A stretch of DNA of 32,000 nucleotides from Candidatus Methylomirabilis oxygeniifera (GCA_000091165.1 FP565575.1:720001-752000), one strand, 5' to 3'; counted from the stretch's first letter, positions 8,182 to 19,817 are shown. Notes: a model not told the origin generated them from the letters alone. A program made the numbers and translations.

Positions 8182-9120
8182 TTAACGGCGGCGACGGGCT
8201 GTGGTTGGTTGCGGCTGACCCGGAGATGCCAATAGGGCCTCGGCTGAGGTAAGAAGGAACGCTTTAAACGCGATCGCCGCCCGACTGAGATGCTTGTCTT
8301 CGCGGTGCACCACAAACCACTGCCGTCGCAGGGGAAGCCCTTGAACGTCCAGCACCACCAGACGTTTGAGCGCAAGTTCCATTCGAAGGACATGTCGGGA
8401 CAGGAGGGCAATCCCGAGTCCCGCAGCCACCGCCTCCTTGACGGCGCTGTTATCCCCCAGTTCCAACCCCACCCGCAACTGCACCCCTTGCTGACGGAAG
8501 AACTCATCGGCATTGAGACGAGTTCCTGAGCCGACCTCGCGGGCGATAAAGACCTCTCGGGCCAGACGATCCACCGATATTCGCCTGGTCGTTGCAAGCG
8601 GATGAGATGGGGCGGCGACAACGACGATCTCATCGGAGAGAAACGGTTCGGCGACGTGCGGAACTTCATCCGGGGGACGCCCCATGACGACGAGATCAAC
8701 CTCATTGTGCAGGAGGCGGTCTCGCGCCAGCGCGCGGTTGGTGACCTCCAGGTTGATGGTGATGCCGGGGTATCGCTCCTGAAATGCTCCGAGTAATGAA
8801 GGCAGGACATAGGCCCCGGCGGTGCTGACGGCGGCAAGAGCGATCCGTCCACGCTTCAGACCATCGAGCTCTTGCATCGCAAGCCGGGCTTCGTCGGTCA
8901 GCGCGCAGATTTTCTCGGCGTAGGTCAGGAGTTCTTTACCTGCTTCGGTTAAGACAATGGTCCGGCCGACCCGTTCGAAGAAGGTCGCCTCGAGGGTACG
9001 CTCCAACTCTCGAACCTGCGCCGAGACGGCAGGCTGGGACAAAAACAGCTCCTCGGCCGCGCGGGAATAGCTGCCGTGTCTGGCGACCGCCAGAAAGACG
9101 CGAAGTTGATGAAAGGTCAT
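8182..9120 (-). CDS. LysR-family transcriptional regulator (CbbR/NtcB-like by N-terminal similarity)
   Basis: MTFHQLRVFLAVARHGSYSRAAEELFLSQPAVSAQVRELE is a typical LysR wHTH, followed by a LysR substrate-binding domain. I prefer the ATG at 9120 over the TTG at 9156 used by the ORF track, because LysR HTHs start within the first few residues. It is divergent from purC, and the shared region contains TTA-N7-TTA. Confidence 0.88.
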   Translation of the reverse strand: MTFHQLRVFLAVARHGSYSRAAEELFLSQPAVSAQVRELERTLEATFFERVGRTIVLTEAGKELLTYAEKICALTDEARLAMQELDGLKRGRIALAAVSTAGAYVLPSLLGAFQERYPGITINLEVTNRALARDRLLHNEVDLVVMGRPPDEVPHVAEPFLSDEIVVVAAPSHPLATTRRISVDRLAREVFIAREVGSGTRLNADEFFRQQGVQLRVGLELGDNSAVKEAVAAGLGIALLSRHVLRMELALKRLVVLDVQGLPLRRQWFVVHREDKHLSRAAIAFKAFLLTSAEALLASPGQPQPTTARRRR

Positions 9121-9309
9121 AGTTATATTATAATGAAAACTGTATACATATGGCAACCATTCCCTATGTAACTTTATTTGACTTTAGGGCAAGATCATTG
9201 CACACTAGGCCGAATGACAGTGAACGGCGAACGCCGCAACGGCATCGGCCCTTAATCGGCAGCCCTGGCAACCCACCTATCGACACGGAGAGTGCTTCCT
9301 GAGTTGACT

Positions 9310-10245
9310 ATGGATAACGACAATATCTTGACCGACATAATTGAACCGGTTGTACTGAACACGGAGTGTCCCGAGCTCACGTTGTACGCCAGGGGAAAGG
9401 TTCGGGACATTTACGACTTCGAAGATCGTCTGCTGCTGGTAGCTACAGATCGGATTTCGGCGTTTGACGTGGTTCTGCCGACAGGTATTCCTGGAAAGGG
9501 GAGAATCCTCACCGCCCTCTCGACGTTCTGGTTTCATGTCACTGCAGATCTGGTACCCAACCACCTGCTGACCACCGAGGTGGACGGCTTCCCACCCGCG
9601 TGCCGACCCTATCGTGAGACGCTCCAGGGGCGGAGCATGCTGGTCAAAAAGACGAAGCCGTTGCCGATTGAATGTATTGTTCGGGGGTATCTGTCCGGTT
9701 CGGGCTGGGTGGAATACCAAAAGACAGGAACCGTGTGCGGCATCCCGTTGCCGGTTGGGTTGCCGGAGTCGTGTCGTCTCGACCCGCCGCTCTTCACCCC
9801 GTCAACGAAGGCGGAGCAGGGGGCGCATGATGTCAACATTACGTTCGACGAAGCGGCCGCCCGACTCGGTCTGGAGCTGGCTGAGCGTGTGCGAACATTG
9901 AGTCTGGCCCTGTACGAGCGAGCTCGGACGCATGCCTTGGAACGAGGGATCATTATTGCCGACACGAAGTTCGAGTTTGGGCTGCTGGATGGCAACCTCG
10001 TCCTGATCGATGAGGTTCTGACCCCTGATTCCTCCCGTTTTTGGCCATGCGACACCTATGCGCCCGGCCGATCCCAACCGAGCTTCGATAAGCAGTTTGT
10101 ACGGGACTACCTGAAGTCGATCGCCTGGGATATGCAGGAGCCGGGACCGGAGCTGCCACAGGATATCGTGCGACGAACCCGCGCCAAGTATCAGGAAGCC
10201 TTGAGACGTCTGGCCGAAGCCGATCTGCCTGCCTGCGAGGCATAG
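9310..10245 (+). CDS. purC: Phosphoribosylaminoimidazole-succinocarboxamide (SAICAR) synthase
   Basis: GKVRDIYDFEDRLLLVATDRISAFDVVL, SGSGW and IIADTKFEFG are SAICAR synthetase signatures. The ATG at 9310 is preferred; the GTG at 9292 in the ORF track is also possible. Confidence 0.9.
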   Translation: MDNDNILTDIIEPVVLNTECPELTLYARGKVRDIYDFEDRLLLVATDRISAFDVVLPTGIPGKGRILTALSTFWFHVTADLVPNHLLTTEVDGFPPACRPYRETLQGRSMLVKKTKPLPIECIVRGYLSGSGWVEYQKTGTVCGIPLPVGLPESCRLDPPLFTPSTKAEQGAHDVNITFDEAAARLGLELAERVRTLSLALYERARTHALERGIIIADTKFEFGLLDGNLVLIDEVLTPDSSRFWPCDTYAPGRSQPSFDKQFVRDYLKSIAWDMQEPGPELPQDIVRRTRAKYQEALRRLAEADLPACEA

Positions 10246-10280
10246 GGCACGCCTGTTGTCATAAGGAGCGATATCGGCTG

Positions 10281-10550
10281 ATGCACGGCTTCATGGTCAG
10301 CACGCTGAAGCAGGCCAAACGCGTCATCGTTATCGTCGTCGGCTTCACGGTCCTGGTGCTCGGGATTATCCTCATTGTGCTCCCCGGACCCGCTACGCTT
10401 GTCATTCCGCTCGGTCTGGCAATTCTGGCAACTGAGTTTGTTTGGGCCAGGCGGTTGCTGGTTCGGTTCAAGCGTGAAGCGAGGCGGTTGAAGAATACCA
10501 TCTCCAGAAAAATGCAGAACAACGCCCGCGAGCGTTCAGAGCAGAAGTAA
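10281..10550 (+). CDS. Small PGPGW-type two-helix membrane protein
   Basis: 89 aa. Two hydrophobic helices flank LPGPAT (VIVIVVGFTVLVLGIILIVLPGPATLVIPLGLAILATEFVWARR), matching the Pfam PGPGW pattern, followed by a basic C-terminal tail. Confidence 0.7.
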   Translation: MHGFMVSTLKQAKRVIVIVVGFTVLVLGIILIVLPGPATLVIPLGLAILATEFVWARRLLVRFKREARRLKNTISRKMQNNARERSEQK

Positions 10551-10613
10551 CCATACCGACCCCTCTTCCCTCGTTCCCGCCGATGTGATTCGCTCGAACG
10601 TCTTCCCCCTGGA

Positions 10614-10937
10614 TCAGGCGAGCGTAAGAATGATCTCGCCGTCTTCCACGCGAACCGGATAGGTCCGGACGGCGCAGTCCGCTGATGCACCCGTCTTCAG
10701 ATCGAACTGCCTCGCGTGAAGCGGGCAGATGACCTTTCCATCTCCGATGATGCCGTCGGCCAGCGAACCCCCTCGATGCGGGCACGCGTTTTGGGTAGCA
10801 AAGAGGTCTCCATTGCGCTGACGGAACACGGCGATGGCGCAGTCGTCTATCACGTAGGTACAGCCTTGGCCGAGCGGGATTGCGTCGATCGGGCCAAGCG
10901 GTACAACGATCTCCAGTGCGGTATGCTTACTCTCCAT
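10614..10937 (-). CDS. nirD: Assimilatory NAD(P)H nitrite reductase small subunit (Rieske-like)
   Basis: 107 aa. AVFRQRNGDLFATQNACPHRGGSLADGIIGDGKVICPLHARQFDLKTG is the NirD Rieske-like fold. The start lies 3 nt after the nirB stop. Confidence 0.88.
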   Translation of the reverse strand: MESKHTALEIVVPLGPIDAIPLGQGCTYVIDDCAIAVFRQRNGDLFATQNACPHRGGSLADGIIGDGKVICPLHARQFDLKTGASADCAVRTYPVRVEDGEIILTLA

Positions 10938-10940
10938 ACG

Positions 10941-13364
10941 TCACCTCTTCAACTCGACAAATACGGGTCCGCTGAACTGGGCCGGATGTACGGGTTCATC
11001 CGCTTCGGCCCAGGGATCTGTGCAGGCTTCGACCGCCCGTTCAATCTCGGCATCCAACCGCGCACCGATCCCTTCCACATCCTTGACGAGCAGATCACGC
11101 AGCCGTTCAATACCGACGCGTTCCACGAGCCCATACGCTCGTTCCATATACTTCCCGTGTTCCCGGTAGTATTGGATGAAGCGACCCATGTATGTCAGGA
11201 CCTCCTCATGGGTTTCGACCGTGCACAGAAGGTCCGCGGCTCGTACCCGGATCCCGGCGCCGCCGCCCACGTAGACCTGCCAGCCGCCCTCAATGGCGAC
11301 GGCTCCAAGATCTTTGACGGTCGCCTCCGCGCAGTTCCTCGGGCAGCCGACGGCGGCGAGTTTCATCTTATGCGGGGTCTCGAGACCGTAGAATCGCTTC
11401 TCAATCTTGGTCCCCAGCGCGATGGAATCGCCCAGGCCGAACCGGCAAAAGAGAGATCCCACACAGGTTTTGCATGAACGGATCGCCTTGGCGTAGGCGT
11501 GCCCGCTGGCCATCCCCAGATCCTTCCAGACATGCGGGAGCTGCTCCTTCCTGACGCCTGCCAGTGCGATGCGTTGGCCGCCGGTCAGCTTGATCGCGGG
11601 AATCTGATACTTGTCTGCGACATCGGCGATGCGCCGGAGCTCTGTCGGCGAGGTGACACCGGCGCAGATTCGCGGTACGACCGAGAAGGTCCCATCCTTC
11701 TGGATGTTGGCGTGGACCCGGTCGTTGATGAATCGCGCATCGCGCTCATCTTCGTACTCGCCGGCCCAGATGGTCTTGAGGAGCGAGGCTAGAGCCGTCT
11801 TATGGCTCGGCTCTTCGCGTCCGTCGTTCAGTTCTCGGAACAGCGCGCTGACGCTCTTGATCTCTTGAGCCTTGATGGCGGCGACCAGTTCGGGTTTAGT
11901 CATCGGGATGCTCGGCACATACCAGTGCTCGGCGGGGTCTTCCGCCACCGCCCCGGCGTAGACTTCGAGAAACTGTTCGAGGAGTTTCTTGCAGCCGCCG
12001 CAACTCGTGCCGGCCTTCGTGCGGGCTCCAATCTGTGAGACCGATCGGCACTTACCGAACTCGATTGCCTCCCTGATCTGCCCCTTGGTGACCCCGTGAC
12101 AATGACAGATCTGGGCATGATCGGGCAGGTCAAACACCGAGAGGATCGGGGCGCCCGTAGAGGTACCGAACAGCAGGTCGGCCCGCCGATCCGGAAGTAC
12201 GGCGTCCAGCAAGTACATCTGAGTGAGTACGCCAGCCGTGTCCGTCTCACCCAGGAGGGTGGCGCCGACGAGTCGATTATTGCGTATGACCATCTTTTTG
12301 TAGACGCCTCGCAATGGCTCGACGTAGCTGACGACCTCGTCTTGAAGATCGGTTGGAGTCGTGTCGCCCATCGAGACAAGCTGTACGCCCATCACCTTCA
12401 GTTTGCTCACAGGTTTGGAGCCCTGGTACCCGCCATTGGAGGAAGCGCCGGTGAGATGCTCTGCCAGTACCCTGGCCTGGTCGTATAGAGGCGCCACGAG
12501 GCCATAGAGCTTGCCGCGGTGCTGAGCGCACTCACCTACGGCGTAGATGTCCGGATCGGAGGTCTGCATCCGGTCGTTTACGACGATCCCTCGATCTACC
12601 GTAAGCCCGGACCGACCGGCAAGCTCAGCGTTGGGTCGGATGCCGCAGCTCATCACGATGATGTCGACGTCCAGCGTAGAGCCGTCCTGAAACTCCAGGC
12701 CCGTGACCCGATCGTCTCCGAGCACGCGTGTCACGCTCTTTTCGAGAAGCGTCTGTACGCCCATCTGCTGCATCGTCCGTTGAAGCAGTGCGCCTCCCTC
12801 AGCGTCTAATTGCTGCGCCATCAACCACGGCATCATTTCGACGACCGTCACATCGAGTTCGAGGGAGAGGAGACCTCGCGCAGCCTCCAGACCGAGCAGG
12901 CCGCCGCCCATGACTGCGGCCCTCCGACATCCTTTCGCGTATGCCTCAATCGCCTGGCAGTCATCGAGCGTCCGGAAGACGAAGACGCCCTTCTTCTCTA
13001 CCCCATTCATGGGGGGTACGAACGGTCGGCTGCCGGTGGCGATGATCAGCGTATCGTACGATTCCTCTACGCCGCCATCGTCGCGTACCGTCTTGTTGTT
13101 GCGATCAATCGCCGCGACCGCCGTCCCGGCATGTAACATGATGTCATGTTCGCGGTACCAGTCGAGCGGGTTCAAAAAGATCTGCTTGATGTCCTTGGAG
13201 CCGATCAGCACATCCGAGAGGAGGGTGCGGTCGTAGTTGCCGTATCGCTCTGCGCCGAACATCACGACGTGAAACCGTTCACGATCCCGAGACAGGATCT
13301 CTTGAACGGTCTTGGTCCCGGCCATGCCGTTACCAATGACGACCAGCCTTTTTTGCTCGTCCAT
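10941..13364 (-). CDS. nirB: Assimilatory NAD(P)H nitrite reductase large subunit
   Basis: VVIGNGMAG FAD fold, a second dinucleotide fold AAVMGGGLLGLEAA, BFD-like 2Fe-2S ICHCHGVTKGQI...CGGC, and a sulfite/nitrite reductase siroheme-4Fe-4S domain (SCKTCVGSLFCRFG...GCPRNCAEA). The ATG at 13364 is preferred (MDEQKRLVVIGNG, GGAGG 6 nt upstream) over the ORF-track start at 13406. Confidence 0.92.
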   Translation of the reverse strand: MDEQKRLVVIGNGMAGTKTVQEILSRDRERFHVVMFGAERYGNYDRTLLSDVLIGSKDIKQIFLNPLDWYREHDIMLHAGTAVAAIDRNNKTVRDDGGVEESYDTLIIATGSRPFVPPMNGVEKKGVFVFRTLDDCQAIEAYAKGCRRAAVMGGGLLGLEAARGLLSLELDVTVVEMMPWLMAQQLDAEGGALLQRTMQQMGVQTLLEKSVTRVLGDDRVTGLEFQDGSTLDVDIIVMSCGIRPNAELAGRSGLTVDRGIVVNDRMQTSDPDIYAVGECAQHRGKLYGLVAPLYDQARVLAEHLTGASSNGGYQGSKPVSKLKVMGVQLVSMGDTTPTDLQDEVVSYVEPLRGVYKKMVIRNNRLVGATLLGETDTAGVLTQMYLLDAVLPDRRADLLFGTSTGAPILSVFDLPDHAQICHCHGVTKGQIREAIEFGKCRSVSQIGARTKAGTSCGGCKKLLEQFLEVYAGAVAEDPAEHWYVPSIPMTKPELVAAIKAQEIKSVSALFRELNDGREEPSHKTALASLLKTIWAGEYEDERDARFINDRVHANIQKDGTFSVVPRICAGVTSPTELRRIADVADKYQIPAIKLTGGQRIALAGVRKEQLPHVWKDLGMASGHAYAKAIRSCKTCVGSLFCRFGLGDSIALGTKIEKRFYGLETPHKMKLAAVGCPRNCAEATVKDLGAVAIEGGWQVYVGGGAGIRVRAADLLCTVETHEEVLTYMGRFIQYYREHGKYMERAYGLVERVGIERLRDLLVKDVEGIGARLDAEIERAVEACTDPWAEADEPVHPAQFSGPVFVELKR

Positions 13365-13466
13365 CCTCTGCCTCCGCTGTCTAACGAAACGATGCCGATC
13401 CCTCATGTGGACGTTGCCGTCCTGCAGTCGCCACGCCTGGGGTGGCCTTTTAGCGTTCAGGACGGC

Positions 13467-13481
13467 GCAATTACGATGCCA
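13467..13481 (-). promoter_or_regulatory. Candidate sigma-54 (-24/-12) promoter for nirBD
   Basis: The minus strand reads TGGCATCGTAATTGC. This matches TGGCAC-N5-TTGC with exact GG-N10-GC spacing and one mismatch (T for C). It lies ~100 nt upstream of the nirB ATG. An AT-rich tract (13505..13535) and a TGCAC-containing partial NtrC-like dyad (13580..13596) lie further upstream. Confidence 0.5.
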
Positions 13482-13789
13482 ACTGCTCAGTCGGCAGGCT
13501 CAAGGACGTTGTGATTCGTTAAATTAAAGAGTTAGGATGCAACATCAGATCTATCGCAAATGCCATCGGAGAGGATAGCTGCACGATACGAAGGCAACGG
13601 CATGAGAGGAATGTTCATATATTGGGCGAGAGAGGGGCGATGATCAATCCGAGCGTGGAGGACGGGACGGTAAGCTATTTGCGATTCCGGACATCATCGC
13701 CCTAGTCGAGGCGATCAGAGATCGGCTTACACATTAGATGACGATAGCTTCCGAGGCTTTTCTGAGGACGAGCGGAACCTCCGTTGAAG

Positions 13790-15235
13790 TTAGGGGATTG
13801 GAGCAGGGAGGTTGGAATGGCCCATCAGGTGTCGGTCGATGCCGTGAGCGGCGCTGCGACCTTCGGCAATAGCCCAGACGATCAGCGACTGGCCGCGTTG
13901 CATATCGCCTGCGGTGAAGACGCCGGGCACGCTGGTCATCCAGTTCTCGTCACGCCAGACGTTCCCGCGCTCGGTCAGTGTTACGCCAAGCTCGCTCAGT
14001 AGCCCGTTCCGCTCAGGTCCCAGGAAGCCCATGGCCAGCAGGACCAGGTCTGCCTCCATCTCGAACTCGGTGCCAGGGATCGGCTTGAAGCCCATCCGGC
14101 CGTTCTCATTCGTCATCTCAACCCGGTTGGCGTGCAGCTTCGTGACGTGGCCGTTCTCTCCGGAGAAGCTCGTTGTCGCCACCGAGAACTCCCGGATGCC
14201 GCCCTCTTCGTGAGCGGACGAGGTCCTGAAGACGACCGGCCACTGGGGCCAAGGGTTCTCGGCTGTCCGAGTATCCGGCGGACGCGGAAGCAGTTCGAAC
14301 TGATGGACGGAGAGGGCGCCATGACGGTGGGCGGTCCCCAGGCAGTCGGCGCCGGTGTCGCCGCCGCCGATGATGACCACCCGCTTCCCGCTGGCGGTGA
14401 TGAACGCCTCGTCAGGGATCACGTCGCCCTGGCAGCGCTGATTCTGAAGGGCCAGGTACTCCATGGCGAAGTGAATGCCGCGCAGCTCACGCCCAGGGAT
14501 CTTGAGATCGCGTGGTGTCGTGGCCCCTCCGGCAAGCAGGATGGCATCGAACTCGCGCCGCAACTCCTCAACAGGTACGTTTACGCCCACGTTCGCATTG
14601 GCCCGAAACTGGATCTCCTCTTTCTGAAGCTGATCCAGCCGCCGGTCCAGGACCCGCTTCTCCAGCTTGAACTCCGGGATGCCGTAGCGCAGCAGGCCGC
14701 CGATCCGATCGGCTCGCTCGAAGACCGTCACCCAGTGACCGGCGCGATTGAGCTGCTGGGCAGCCGCAAGCCCTGCCGGACCTGAGCCGATAACAGCGAC
14801 TTTCTTACCGGTCCGCACGGTGGGGGGCTCCGGCCTGATCCAGCCCGCCTCAAAGGCATGTTCGACAATAGCTAACTCGATGGCCTTGATGGTCACCGGG
14901 TCGTTATGAATCCCGAGGACGCACGAGCCCTCGCAGGGCGCGGGGCAGGCAGTTCCGGTAAACTCCGGGAAATTGTTTGTGGCATGCAGGCGCTCGATAG
15001 CGTCCCGCCACCGGTCGCGATAGACCAGGTCGTTCCAGTCCGGGATGATGTTGCCCAGCGGGCAACCCCGGTGGCAGAACGGGACGCCGCAATCCATGCA
15101 GCGCGCCCCCTGCCGCTTCAGTGTTTCCGTCGGCCACGGCAGCATGACCTGCTGCCAGTCGCGAATCCGCTCCTCGACCGGCCGGTATGGCTGTTTTTCG
15201 CGCTTGAATTCGATGAAACCGGTCGGCTTACCCAT
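13790..15235 (-). CDS. gltD: Glutamate synthase (NADPH) small subunit
   Basis: 481 aa. Fe-S motifs [16 protein letters not shown], dinucleotide folds [14 protein letters not shown] and [13 protein letters not shown]. The start overlaps the gltB stop by 8 nt (ATGGGTAA). Confidence 0.93.
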   Translation of the reverse strand: MGKPTGFIEFKREKQPYRPVEERIRDWQQVMLPWPTETLKRQGARCMDCGVPFCHRGCPLGNIIPDWNDLVYRDRWRDAIERLHATNNFPEFTGTACPAPCEGSCVLGIHNDPVTIKAIELAIVEHAFEAGWIRPEPPTVRTGKKVAVIGSGPAGLAAAQQLNRAGHWVTVFERADRIGGLLRYGIPEFKLEKRVLDRRLDQLQKEEIQFRANANVGVNVPVEELRREFDAILLAGGATTPRDLKIPGRELRGIHFAMEYLALQNQRCQGDVIPDEAFITASGKRVVIIGGGDTGADCLGTAHRHGALSVHQFELLPRPPDTRTAENPWPQWPVVFRTSSAHEEGGIREFSVATTSFSGENGHVTKLHANRVEMTNENGRMGFKPIPGTEFEMEADLVLLAMGFLGPERNGLLSELGVTLTERGNVWRDENWMTSVPGVFTAGDMQRGQSLIVWAIAEGRSAAHGIDRHLMGHSNLPAPIP

Positions 15236-18200
15236 GGGCGCCCGCCATTACCGCCTGTTCCCAGGAGATCCCTTCGGTCTCGACTCGCTTGAGCGCCTTC
15301 ATTGCCCGTTTGTAGTCTTTGGCTATCACCTTGACGAACTGTGCCTCCGTCGCCTGCCAGTTTCTTAAGAGCCGGTCCGCCACCGTACTGCCGGTATACC
15401 GGAGGTGGCGGCGCAACAACTCCTGGATCTCTTCGATGTCCTCGTCCGCACTCAGCGGCTCAATATCAACCATGCTCAGATTACACCGATTCTTAAAATC
15501 ACCGGTTTCGTCCAGAACGTACGCGACGCCGCCGGACATGCCGGCGGCAAAATTGCGTCCTGTGCCGCCGATAACGACAACGCGGCCGCCGGTCATATAC
15601 TCACAGCCGTGATCGCCGACGCCCTCAACCACCGCATGCGCGCCGCTGTTACGCACCGCGAACCGTTCGCCCGCGATCCCTCGGAGATAGACTTCGCCCT
15701 TTGTCGCGCCGTACAGTACCACGTTGCCGACCAGGATATTCTCTTCAGGGACGAATGTTGCCTCGCGCGACGGGAACACGATAATCTTTCCGCCCGAGAG
15801 CCCCTTCCCCAGATAGTCGTTGGCGTCGCCCTCGATGATCAGCGTGATGCCTCGGGGAATGAAGGCGCCGAAGCTTTGTCCGGCAGTGCCCGTGAAGCGG
15901 ATTCGAATCATGTCGTCGGGCAGTCCCTCGCCCCCATAGCGACGGGTTATCTCGTACCCCAAAATGGTGCCTACCGTGCGGTTGACGTTATGAATCGGCA
16001 GATGCAGGCTGACCGGCTCGCGCCGCTCCAGCGCAGGTAGGCAGCGCGGAACGAGGGTGGTCATGTCGAGCGACTGCTCCAGCCCGTGGTTCTGATCCTG
16101 CACCTTACGGATGGCTATCTCGGCTCCCATCTGCGGACAGTAGAGGATTGACGAGTAGTCGAGCCCTCGAGCCTTCCAGTGCTCTATCGCCTTCCTCATC
16201 TCGAGCCTGTCTATGCGGCCGATCATGTCGTCCATGGTGCGGAACCCAAGTTGGGCCATCAGTTCCCGCACCTCCAGCGCAATGAAACGGAAGAAGTTCT
16301 CGACGTACTCGGGCTTGCCGGTGAAGTTCTTCCGAAGCTCGGGATCCTGGGTAGCGACCCCGACCGGGCAGGTGTTCAGGTGACAGACGCGCATCATGAT
16401 ACACCCCATCACGACCAGCGGCGCCGTGGAGAAGCCATACTCTTCTGCGCCGAGCAGTGCGGCAATGACGACGTCGCGTCCGGTCTTCATCTGGCCGTCA
16501 ACCTGGACAACGATCCGATCCCGGAGCTTGTTCATCACCAGTACCTGCTGAGTCTCGGCCAGCCCCAATTCCCACGGCAGGCCTGCGTGCTTGATGGAGC
16601 CAAGCGGGGAAGCGCCGGTCCCGCCATCGTGACCGGAGATCAGAACCACGTCGGAGAACGCCTTGGCCACGCCGGCCGCGATCGTGCCGACGCCAACCTC
16701 CGCGACAAGCTTTACGTGGATTCGCGCAGTCGGATTACTATTCTTCAAGTCATGGATAAGCTGTTTCAGATCCTCAATGGAGTAGATATCGTGGTGTGGC
16801 GGCGGCGAGATCAACCCGACGCCTGGCGTCGAGTGCCGCACCTTGGCGATCCATGGATACACCTTTGCGCCGGGGAGCTGGCCGCCCTCGCCGGGCTTAC
16901 TGCCCTGTGCCATCTTAATTTGTATGTCGGTGGCGTTAGCCAGATACTCGCTGGTCACGCCGAAGCGGCCTGATGCCACCTGCTTGATGGCGCTTCGGCG
17001 CCAGTCGCCGTTAGAGTCCGGGGTGAAGCGCGCCGAATCCTCACCTCCCTCGCCGGTGTTGGACCTGGCGCCCAGTCGGTTCATGGCGATTGCGAGGGTC
17101 TCGTGCGCCTCCTGACTGATCGACCCGTACGACATGGCCCCCGTCGCAAAGCGTTTCAGGATCGATTCGACCGGCTCAACCTCCTCCAGCGGAATCGGCT
17201 GGTCGCCGCACTTGAGGTCGAACAGTCCTCGGAGCGTACACAGATTTGTATTGTGATCGTTGATCATCTCCGCGTACTCCTTGAAGATCGCATATTGCCC
17301 CGTACGTGTGGAGTACTGAAGCTTGGAGATTGTCTCCGGATTGAAGAGATGGTGCTCGCCGTCGCGCCGCCACTGGTATTCGCCTCCCCACTCAAGCTCA
17401 GGTTGACCGACGGGTCGCTCGGGGAAGGCGCGACGGTGTCGGAGGATCACCTCTTCCGCGACGACATCGATGCCGATGCCGCCGATCCGGGACGCGGTCC
17501 ACGTGAAACAACGGTCCACAAACGCCTTGTTTAAACCGATCGCTTCAAAGATCTGCGCGCCGCGATACGACTGGATGGTCGAGATCCCCATCTTCGAGAT
17601 GACCTTCAGCACGCCCTTATTCAGTGCCTTAATGTAGTGCGTGACGGCCTTTTTGTGGTCCAGCCCGGGCAGCAGACCCTCGCGGATCATATCGTCGAGG
17701 GTCTCGAAGGCGAGATACGGGTTGACTGCGCCCGCGCCGTAGCCGATGAGCAATGCCGCATGGTGGACCTCACGCGGCTCGCCGCTCTCTATAATCAGTC
17801 CGACCCTCGTCCTGGTCCCTTCCCGGACCAGATGATGATGGACGCCGGCTGTGGCCAGGAGGGCTGGAATCGGGGCCAGTTCCTTACACACGCCCCGGTC
17901 GGAGAGAATCAGGAAGGTGTAGCCGTCGGCAATAGCCTGGCTTGCCTTCCGGCATAGTTCCTGTAGCGCCTGATCGAGGCCGCTCCCGCCTTCGGCCACT
18001 GAGAACAGCATAGGCAGCGTGATCGATCTGAAGCCGGGTAGATCGACATAGCGGATTCGCGCCAACTCCTCGTTATCCAGGACCGGCGTCTTCAGCTTGA
18101 TCTGCCGGCAACTCTCGGGTTCCGGCTTGAGCAGGTTGCGCTCCGGGCCGATCGTCGTCGCCATCTGGGTGACCAACTCCTCACGGATTGCGTCCAGCGG

Positions 18201-19817
18201 CGGATTGGTTACCTGGGCGAAGAGCTGCTGGAAATAGTCATACAACAGGCGAGGGCGGTCGGAGAGGACCGCAAGCGACGCATCGTTTCCCATCGAACCG
18301 ACCGGCTCCTCCCCCCTCAGCGCCATCGGAGCCAGCAGAAGACGCAGGTCCTCGTGGGTATAACCAAACAACTGTTGCCGCTGCAGCACGGTTTCGTGAT
18401 CCGGCTCGTGGACATGAGGGGGCGCCGGGAGTTCCTCCAATGGAATCAGGTGCTGTTGCAGCCACTCATGGTACGGGTGCTCGGTGGCAAAGGCGTGCTT
18501 GAGCTCTGCGTCGTCGATGATCCGGCCCTGGGCAGTATCTACCAGGAAGATCCGACCGGGGTGTAAGCGCTCCTTGATCAGGATGTTTTCAGGCGGAATG
18601 TCCAGTACGCCCACCTCGGAAGCCATGACGACCATGCCGTCCTTTGTTACGTAGTAGCGCGATGGGCGGAGACCGTTCCGATCCAGGACCGCTCCGATCA
18701 CGGTGCCGTCGGTGAACGCGATAGAGGCCGGTCCGTCCCACGGCTCCATCAGGCAGCCATGGTACTCGTAAAACGCCTTGCGCTCTTCGCCCATCGATTC
18801 GTGGCCGCTCCAGGCCTCAGGGATCATCATCAGGATCGCGTGAGGCAGGGGACGGCCGGCCATGACCAGAAACTCCAGGACGTTGTCGAAGATTGCCGAA
18901 TCGCTCCCACCCTCCAGTACGATCGGAAAGATCTTCTTCAGGTCAGGCAGCAGTTCGGACTCGCACAGCGCCTCGCGGGCGCGCATCCAGTTGATGTTGC
19001 CGCGCAGCGTATTGATCTCACCGTTGTGCGCCATGTACCGGTACGGGTGGGCCAGCGGCCAGGAGGGGAAGGTGTTGGTGGAGAAGCGCTGGTGAACGAG
19101 CGCCAGCGCCGATTCGACCGCCGGGTCCGTGATGTCCGGAAAAGTTGCCTCGATCTGGTCCCCTATGAGCATCCCCTTGTAGGCCAGCGTGTTGGAGGAG
19201 AGGCTTGGGATGTAGAAGAGTGTTCGCTGAGGAAGCGTCGAGCGATAGACGACGTGCTCAACCTGTTTACGGATGATGTAGAGCTTCCGCTCGAACGTCC
19301 GGTCGTCCAGGATGGCCGGATTTCGGCCGATGAAGATCTGCTTGAAGGTCGGCTTGGCGGCCTTCGCGCTGGGGCCGATCGGTGAGTCATCGGTCGGCAC
19401 GTCCCGCCACCCCAGAAGCGTCTGCCCTTCCTCCAGAATGATCTCTTCAAAAATTGCCTGACATTTGGCGGCTTGTGAAGGGTCGGTCGGAAGGAAGACA
19501 AATCCGGCGCCGTAGTGCCGTGGAGCGGGCAGAGTGACCCCGATCTTCCCGCACTCGCGGGCAAGAAAGATGTGGGGCATCTGAATGAGGATGCCGGCCC
19601 CATCACCCGTATTCGGCTCCGAGCCGCACGCGCCGCGGTGCAGCAGGTTCTTCAGGACCGTCAGCGCCTGCTGGATGATGGTATGGGATCTCCGGCCCTT
19701 GATGTCCACCACAAAGCCTACCCCGCAGGCGTCATGCTCGTAGGTCGGATCGTACAGGCCCTGTCTGGGTGGGTTACCGTAAGGGGTTGTAGACACCGTA
19801 TCCGTCTGTTCGATCAC
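15228..19817 (-). CDS. gltB: Glutamate synthase large subunit
   Basis: 1529 aa. Ntn-amidotransferase Cys in [11 protein letters not shown], a central domain, an FMN/3Fe-4S domain (CHLNTCPVG) and a C-terminal GXGXG beta-helix domain. GTG start at 19817 preceded by AAGGAG. Confidence 0.95.
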   Translation of the reverse strand: MIEQTDTVSTTPYGNPPRQGLYDPTYEHDACGVGFVVDIKGRRSHTIIQQALTVLKNLLHRGACGSEPNTGDGAGILIQMPHIFLARECGKIGVTLPAPRHYGAGFVFLPTDPSQAAKCQAIFEEIILEEGQTLLGWRDVPTDDSPIGPSAKAAKPTFKQIFIGRNPAILDDRTFERKLYIIRKQVEHVVYRSTLPQRTLFYIPSLSSNTLAYKGMLIGDQIEATFPDITDPAVESALALVHQRFSTNTFPSWPLAHPYRYMAHNGEINTLRGNINWMRAREALCESELLPDLKKIFPIVLEGGSDSAIFDNVLEFLVMAGRPLPHAILMMIPEAWSGHESMGEERKAFYEYHGCLMEPWDGPASIAFTDGTVIGAVLDRNGLRPSRYYVTKDGMVVMASEVGVLDIPPENILIKERLHPGRIFLVDTAQGRIIDDAELKHAFATEHPYHEWLQQHLIPLEELPAPPHVHEPDHETVLQRQQLFGYTHEDLRLLLAPMALRGEEPVGSMGNDASLAVLSDRPRLLYDYFQQLFAQVTNPPLDAIREELVTQMATTIGPERNLLKPEPESCRQIKLKTPVLDNEELARIRYVDLPGFRSITLPMLFSVAEGGSGLDQALQELCRKASQAIADGYTFLILSDRGVCKELAPIPALLATAGVHHHLVREGTRTRVGLIIESGEPREVHHAALLIGYGAGAVNPYLAFETLDDMIREGLLPGLDHKKAVTHYIKALNKGVLKVISKMGISTIQSYRGAQIFEAIGLNKAFVDRCFTWTASRIGGIGIDVVAEEVILRHRRAFPERPVGQPELEWGGEYQWRRDGEHHLFNPETISKLQYSTRTGQYAIFKEYAEMINDHNTNLCTLRGLFDLKCGDQPIPLEEVEPVESILKRFATGAMSYGSISQEAHETLAIAMNRLGARSNTGEGGEDSARFTPDSNGDWRRSAIKQVASGRFGVTSEYLANATDIQIKMAQGSKPGEGGQLPGAKVYPWIAKVRHSTPGVGLISPPPHHDIYSIEDLKQLIHDLKNSNPTARIHVKLVAEVGVGTIAAGVAKAFSDVVLISGHDGGTGASPLGSIKHAGLPWELGLAETQQVLVMNKLRDRIVVQVDGQMKTGRDVVIAALLGAEEYGFSTAPLVVMGCIMMRVCHLNTCPVGVATQDPELRKNFTGKPEYVENFFRFIALEVRELMAQLGFRTMDDMIGRIDRLEMRKAIEHWKARGLDYSSILYCPQMGAEIAIRKVQDQNHGLEQSLDMTTLVPRCLPALERREPVSLHLPIHNVNRTVGTILGYEITRRYGGEGLPDDMIRIRFTGTAGQSFGAFIPRGITLIIEGDANDYLGKGLSGGKIIVFPSREATFVPEENILVGNVVLYGATKGEVYLRGIAGERFAVRNSGAHAVVEGVGDHGCEYMTGGRVVVIGGTGRNFAAGMSGGVAYVLDETGDFKNRCNLSMVDIEPLSADEDIEEIQELLRRHLRYTGSTVADRLLRNWQATEAQFVKVIAKDYKRAMKALKRVETEGISWEQAVMAGAHG

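Noticed and set aside
9157-9309. Possible ZTP (pfl) or other purine-related riboswitch upstream of purC (GGCGAAC and CAGCCCTGGCA resemble parts of the pfl motif).
   Set aside because: The conserved core elements (GACUGGCG immediately paired with GGUGGGAAACCAC..., and the exact CCGCCUGGGCA pseudoknot partner) are not present with the right spacing. The similarity is limited to short GC-rich words. The region is more simply the divergent LysR/purC promoter region.
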